DNA of 64,000 nt, from positions 620,001-684,000 of the forward strand of contig ML996693.1 in the NCBI GenBank assembly GCA_010356995.1. Reading direction: 5' to 3'. The stretch's first letter is position 1; every line of letters begins with the position of its first letter. Shown piece by piece: positions 58,587-64,000 of this stretch. The notes beneath the pieces are model-generated. The model did no database searches. It worked only from the letters and a program-made list of their open reading frames with translations, and was not told the origin of the DNA. A program made the position numbers and the translations under genes. Origin of the DNA: Trichodelitschia bisporula (taxonomy: Eukaryota).

Positions 58587-60873
58587 TCAGTAGCCACCTT
58601 GCCAGCCAGGTTGCTGACCATGTGTCTGTGGTCCTTGAGACCAACCTTGGTTGCCAGGTTGAGAGGACGGCACATTCTGATGCATGAACTGCTGCTGGCC
58701 GGGTGTCTGCTGGTACATGTTGCGCTGGACACCAGAGTATCCAGACGACGGGTTCATGCCTCCCATTGCAGAATATCCCATGGGCGCAGCACCATGCATG
58801 GAAGCAGCACTGGGATTGTGATGTAGCTGCGGGGGAGCATGCAGAGCTGATTGCTGCATGTGCGGAGATTGCTGTTGGATATGCTGGGGGTATTGAATGC
58901 CAGGATGCGACTGGGTCATAGGGGACGGCTGAGGCTGTGGAGGAGTCCACATATGGTTCTGTGCATAACCGTACTGGTTGCTGGGTTGTGGATGCGTATG
59001 AGAAGGAGTATTCCCCATGGTCATTGTTGGTGAGCGATGATGTAACTGGTTAGATGGAATATGTTGATGCATGGTTCTAACAGGTGACTGAGCGAGCAGG
59101 TTTTGGGAATGCGATTGCGGCGTGTAGGTCTGGGGCGGTATAATTTGAGACTGGCTTGGTTGCGAGTGCGTCCCGATACCTTGTTGGCCCTGAAGCGCTG
59201 CGCCAGTGGTAGGAATTTGTGGAGACTGGAGGGTTTGCGTCGTGGAAGGGACATTTGTCTGACCTTCCGCCGGCTGTTCCGGAGTTGGCAAAGTCTGGGG
59301 TTCACGGGGTCGCCTCCAAATGTCCTCAAGGTACGACTTCCTGTTGGATCTCTGCTGGCTCATAGGCCTGTTGAACTCGGCAGTCTGCTGAGCCTGGTTG
59401 AGAATCTCGGTCGGTCCGACCGATGTTGTGCGATCCTGATACGGAGGCCCAGTAATCTCATGTCTAGGTCTCTGGACACTACTGTAATCGCGTGGCCGTA
59501 GATCGTCAGTTGGTGCGATGTTGATCATGGGCAAAGGAGCAAGCGTTGCGCCGGCTTGGCCATCCATGCTCCCAGGCTGATTGCTGTAGATGACTTCTCC
59601 CATAGGTAGGTTGACCAGGGGAGCGCTGGTCGCTTCAGCAGCTGCTGCAGCCTCTCGTTGTTTCGCTGCCCCTGGACGCTTTTCTCCAGCAGCGTCTTCC
59701 TCTGTGAATCCCTGCTTGCGAGCTTTGGTTTCCCAGTAGTCGTCACGCACTCGTCTCCCATCTCTTATCAACCTACTGCCGAACTGGCGGAACATAGACC
59801 GAGCCGTAACTATGGCGATCTGGCGAGACCGATATGAATACGGCAGGATATCCTGTTGGATGAGGTCATCCTTCTCGGCTTGGTTGGCTATGATCTTATA
59901 CAGCGACCGGTTCTTGTTGAACAGCAGGTACGAGTCTCGGTATCCGAGGACGCGCGCGCATTCCGTAGCAAGCATGAAGAGCTTATGTCCCCTGTTCGGC
60001 ACGAAAAAGGTGCGGCAACGGTACACACGACCTTCTAGAGGCTCGCCATTCGGGCCAACCTTCTTTTCTCCAGCTTCATCGTATTCACGTGGGACGTACT
60101 CGTCCTTTTCGGCGTTCAGCTGATCCGTTGTGTGGTCTCGAACAGTTGGTAAAGCCTTGATAACTGTGCCCTTGGCCGGCGTGGCCTTGGTGGGAGGTGA
60201 AGCGTGGGGAGGTGATGTCTGAGGCAGCGCCTGCGATTTTATTTGCGGCGTGTGCGCGAGTGACGACACGGACAAAGGTGGCAGCGACTGTATTGGTGGC
60301 TTGGGGCTCTCAGCGATCTTTGATTTGGGTGGTCGACCGCGCTTCCGAGGTTTCGATTCATCTACGAGTCGCAAACCGTCAGCACACTGAATACCCTGCA
60401 TAGCTCAGACGGCGCACGAAGCAGCACATAACGCGCCCGAGATAAGCTTTAATAGTACTTTGGCAAACACACCTTCATCAGGGCGACTGAATCCAGATGG
60501 ATCGGGAGCATCAGGCGAACGACTGCGCTTTATTCCACGCGGGCTGGGCTGAGATAGGGTAGATAGAGCAGGCGGGTGAGCTGCTGAATAGAGTAGTAAG
60601 AAGCGTCAGCGCACTGGTTCTTGATGGATGGGTCGCAGCAAGCGATGCTCGGGACTTGCGACGCCCAACTGCGCGAGGCTGGTGCAACGCGTTCGAAGTC
60701 GTCGCAAAGCAGCGATGAACATGTCTGACAGAGCGCAAGTAGAGAACAAGGAAGCAAAATGGAGAATAATGCAACGTACCAGAAGTGTTGAGGGCAGCGG
60801 GATTGATGGTCCCGGAGCCATCCAGGATGGAACCTCCCAAACCTCCGTTCACAGGCGGCGGGGGATGCGACAT
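58587..60873 (-). CDS. NPL6: RSC/SWI-SNF subunit Rsc7/Npl6/Swp82 family
   Basis: Exons 60873-60780, 60580-60473, 60361-58587. AT-hook RKRGRPPK; CRC-subunit domain FMLATECARVLGYRDSYLLFNKNRSL..VTARSMFRQFGSRLIRDGRRVRDDYWE; Q/H/P-rich tail. Confidence 0.88.
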
Positions 60874-61875
60874 AGCGGCATTCCAAGGTAGAGCAAAGAC
60901 CAGACGCGCGCGCACAAGAACGCGAGAAGGATGTCAGAGATGATCGAGTCGCGACACGCCTATCACCGGGATTGCGGAGTGGTTTAGACGGGAGGGATTA
61001 AGCGTCGTCGGTTCCGGGTGCCGGGACTGACTCTCTTGGATGCGCAGCGCTTGCGGCAACAGAGCTGAGTCTGACGAGCGGTTATCGAGCTGAGAAACGC
61101 GAAACGGAGCTCGAAGCCAAGCGATCAGAAGCGCACAGGTCGGTTTGACATACGATTGGATGAAAGACGATCGAAAGGGTTTGACGGGAGCAATGGCCGA
61201 CTGAGAATGGCGGGACTGGGGGGGGNNNNNNNNNNNNNNNNNNNNNNNNNNNNNNNNNNNNNNNNNNNNNNNNNNNNNNNNNNNNNNNNNNNNNNNNNNN
61301 NNNNNNNNNNNNNNNNNNNNNNNNNNNNNNNNNNNNNNNNNNNNNNNNNNNNNNNNNNNNNNNNNNNNNNNNNNNNNNNNNNNNNNNNNNNNNNNNNNNN
61401 NNNNNNNNNNNNNNNNNNNNNNNNNNNNNNNNNNNNNNNNNNNNNNNNNNNNNNNNNNNNNNNNNNNNNNNNNNNNNNNNNNNNNNNNNNNNNNNNNNNN
61501 NNNNNNNNNNNNNNNNNNNNNNNNNNNNNNNNNNNNNNNNNNNNNNNNNNNNNNNNNNNNNNNNNNNNNNNNNNNNNNNNNNNNNNNNNNNNNNNNNNNN
61601 NNNNNNNNNNNNNNNNNNNNNNNNNNNNNNNNNNNNNNNNNNNNNNNNNNNNNNNNNNNNNNNNNNNNNNNNNNNNNNNNNNNNNNNNNNNNNNNNNNNN
61701 NNNNNNNNNNNNNNNNNNNNNNNNNNNNNNNNNNNNNNNNNNNNNNNNNNNNNNNNNNNNNNNNNNNNNNNNNNNNNNNNNNNNNNNNNNNNNNNNNNNN
61801 NNNNNNNNNNNNNNNNNNNNNNNNNNNNNNNNNNNNNNNNNNNNNNNNNNNNNNNNNNNNNNNNNNNNNNNNNNN

Positions 61876-61903
61876 CGGAGTGGAGTGGAGTGGAGTGGAG
61901 TGG
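61876..61903. repeat. (GGAGT)n microsatellite abutting a 650-N gap
   Basis: ggagtggagtggagtggagtggagtgg directly after the gap at 61226-61875. Confidence 0.85.
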
Positions 61904-64000
61904 TAGTGGTAGTGTAGGATGATGGATTAGTCAAAGGAAGCGATGTCGTCAACTTTCTTCAACCGTTGAACCGATTACCAATGACTCTTGTTTCCTTTTC
62001 CTTCTTGCTTCCTTTTGCGCGATGACAACTTCTCCAGTCTGGGGCAGAAGCCACGGATCTGATCGAGTAAGGGACAAAAACAAGAGGCGAGTTTTGCCGG
62101 AATGATGGCTCCCGAGTCGCACGGCGGAGCCTAGTTCTAGAGGCGGAGGCGCAGGCGCGAGTGCTAAGCGGCGAGCGGAGGAGGCGCAGCGCGGGGCGGC
62201 GGGTGGAGGGAAGGGAGGGGGAAGGGTGTGCGGGTGGGATCTGTGAAGCGTTCGCGGGAGATGACGACACGGTATGCGGCGTAGCTTTGCTTGCGCGCTT
62301 GATATCTTGATCAGCTCGTGGCCAGTGAGAGTGGCACTGGAGCCCTGAGGAAAGTGGTGTGGATGTGCGGGCGTATCGGGACAGTCGACGGACGGGGAGG
62401 GAGGGAGGGAGGGAGGGAGGGTGTGGGGGAAAGGTGGGGTGCTTGCGGGGGAAAGGTTGCGAGGCGTGACTTCGTGTCTGCCCCGCTGCACGACAGTTCC
62501 CCTTCGTGGAAGAAATGGGAAGGAGGAGGGATGTGAGAGGTGGGGAAGGAGACGAAAGAGGAGGTAGGGGGAGCTCAAGGGGGTGTCGTCGAACGGAAGA
62601 TGTGATGCGCGATGGGGATGGAGGGGGAGGGGTGGGGATGTTTGGCGATGCAGGCAAAAGGCACACCTCAAACAGCAGCAGCAGAGGCGACTGAACTAAA
62701 GACCATCGACACCGTTTTTTCTGCTTCGCGGTCCGAACCTGGTTTGCGCACCTTCCCGGGCGAGGGATTTGCCGGACAGGATGCTGGGATGATGAGAGCT
62801 GGGGGCTGGATATGAGGTGGGACGGCCTATATGGTCTAGACGGGATGAGGTGCGATGGGAAATGGTAGATGGTAGATAGGCACTACCTGTCCCGGACTAA
62901 AGAAGGAGTACGGGGAGTGGGTATGGAGGAAGTACGAGGTGAGAATAAAATCCTGGAGTCATGAGCGCTGGGACGTTCCTCAGCTTGAGGAAACGGAGCC
63001 AAGGATCACCACATCTTTTCCCATGTACATGGTATCATAGCGGTTGCGGTCAGACAGAATAGTACCGTATATCATGGGGCATCAGATTCAACTGCTGCTA
63101 AACGGTAGCTCGCGATCGGAAGCCCCGTCGCCTCTTTCTTACCGAAGTATGTATGCCTCTTCCATCGGAGGGATCATGAATGAATCCTGAGGGGATTACG
63201 TATTGACTACTCCGTACTGCTAGAACTTGTACCTGAAGAGCAAATGGTGCTGCAGACCGGAAGCTTCAGATCGGATATGCGCGAATACGGGGCAGTAGCC
63301 CTTCACCGTCCATAACCAGTATGGATACCTAGAACGAGACAATAGAGGGCACCTCTGCATCATGCATGCCTGCAAACATTCCAGCAAACACTCCACAAAG
63401 CGACGACGGGCTGAAACGCAGAAGAGGGGAGCGTCAAGTCTTCAAACGAGCTGTACGTCGTATGTACTCCTCCGGCCCTGCGCAGCGAAACCCCACGAAA
63501 CATGTGCGTTTTACAAGCCGGCCATTCGGATCAAAACCTCGCGTCGACTTCCTGGGAGCAAACAAGTACGATAAGCGACTTGCCGCGCGGTCAAGGGTTC
63601 GAGCAGCGCGGACATGTAACGATTTGTGCGAAATATGCGTTGCAGATGTGCGCTACGGAATTGCGGAGCATGTATCCTGTTGTACCTCTTCAGCTCACAT
63701 CACCGAGAACTAGATGGGGGGTCTTTCGCCGCGCCTCGGCGGCATGACTGGGCCGAACAGGCTGAAGGGCTGATGTGCGCGAGGCGCGGCCTGATGCCAT
63801 ATGACCTGCATGATGTGATGCCTGGTCCGGCTGCGCGCGCCGGAGATGGATGACAATTACTGGCTTGGCTGAACGCGTTTTGCGCTGGGGCCCTGTCGCT
63901 TCTCTCAAACCGTCCACTATCTTCGCCGGTGCTTCCGCGTACGGCCGTCAAGGCGTCGCTAGTCCAGTCCAATTTCGGCCTATGACTGACCATTTACGAA

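Noticed and set aside
60362..60472. Possible stwintron in NPL6 intron 2 (GT|GTGTTT..ATGCAG|GGTA)
   Set aside because: The reconstituted donor GTGGTA is poor and the outer intron would be only 36 nt. A single normal intron explains the gene.
61125..62671. Long ORFs across and next to the 650-N gap
   Set aside because: Artefacts of N runs and low-complexity purine/pyrimidine tracts. More likely leader or promoter DNA upstream of NPL6.
63362..63993. Several 70-115 aa ORFs at the window end
   Set aside because: They overlap on both strands with no motifs or splice support.

Overview
Eukaryotic genomic DNA from a filamentous ascomycete (Pezizomycotina; class uncertain). It has short GT-AG spliceosomal introns (mostly 40-110 nt, one 199 nt) and three assembly gaps (7341-7350, 22939-23018, 61226-61875). 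I can model 21 protein-coding genes, mostly housekeeping: DBP10 (3' part), a SclB/Ert1-type Zn2Cys6 factor with an apparent frameshift, a DNAJC8/Spf31 J-protein, DBP4, TRM2, MRPS5, DAD3, an NRC-2/Kin82-type kinase, a Uge3-like UDP-sugar 4-epimerase, a hypothetical mitochondrial-type protein, verprolin, a mitochondrial rhomboid, TMA17, FAM192A/Fyv6, an aldo-keto reductase, TRL1, a tocopherol-cyclase-like protein, a BED-finger/Zn2Cys6 factor, TBCE/PAC2, SF3A2 and RSC7/NPL6. Two gene-free stretches stand out. One is 8.5 kb upstream of the C6 factor and carries microsatellites. The other is 13 kb between the kinase and the epimerase and holds a 5'-truncated Tad-like LINE and at least six palindromic MITE-like elements. 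The most interesting leads are: (1) competing 3' splice sites in intron 1 of the 3'-splice-site selection factor Fyv6/FAM192A, a possible autoregulatory switch; (2) the frameshifted C6 factor; (3) the MITE group; (4) a uge3-like gene without the rest of the galactosaminogalactan cluster; (5) a tocopherol-cyclase-like gene head-to-head with a BED/C6 regulator. All family calls come from motif recognition by eye; no database search was run.
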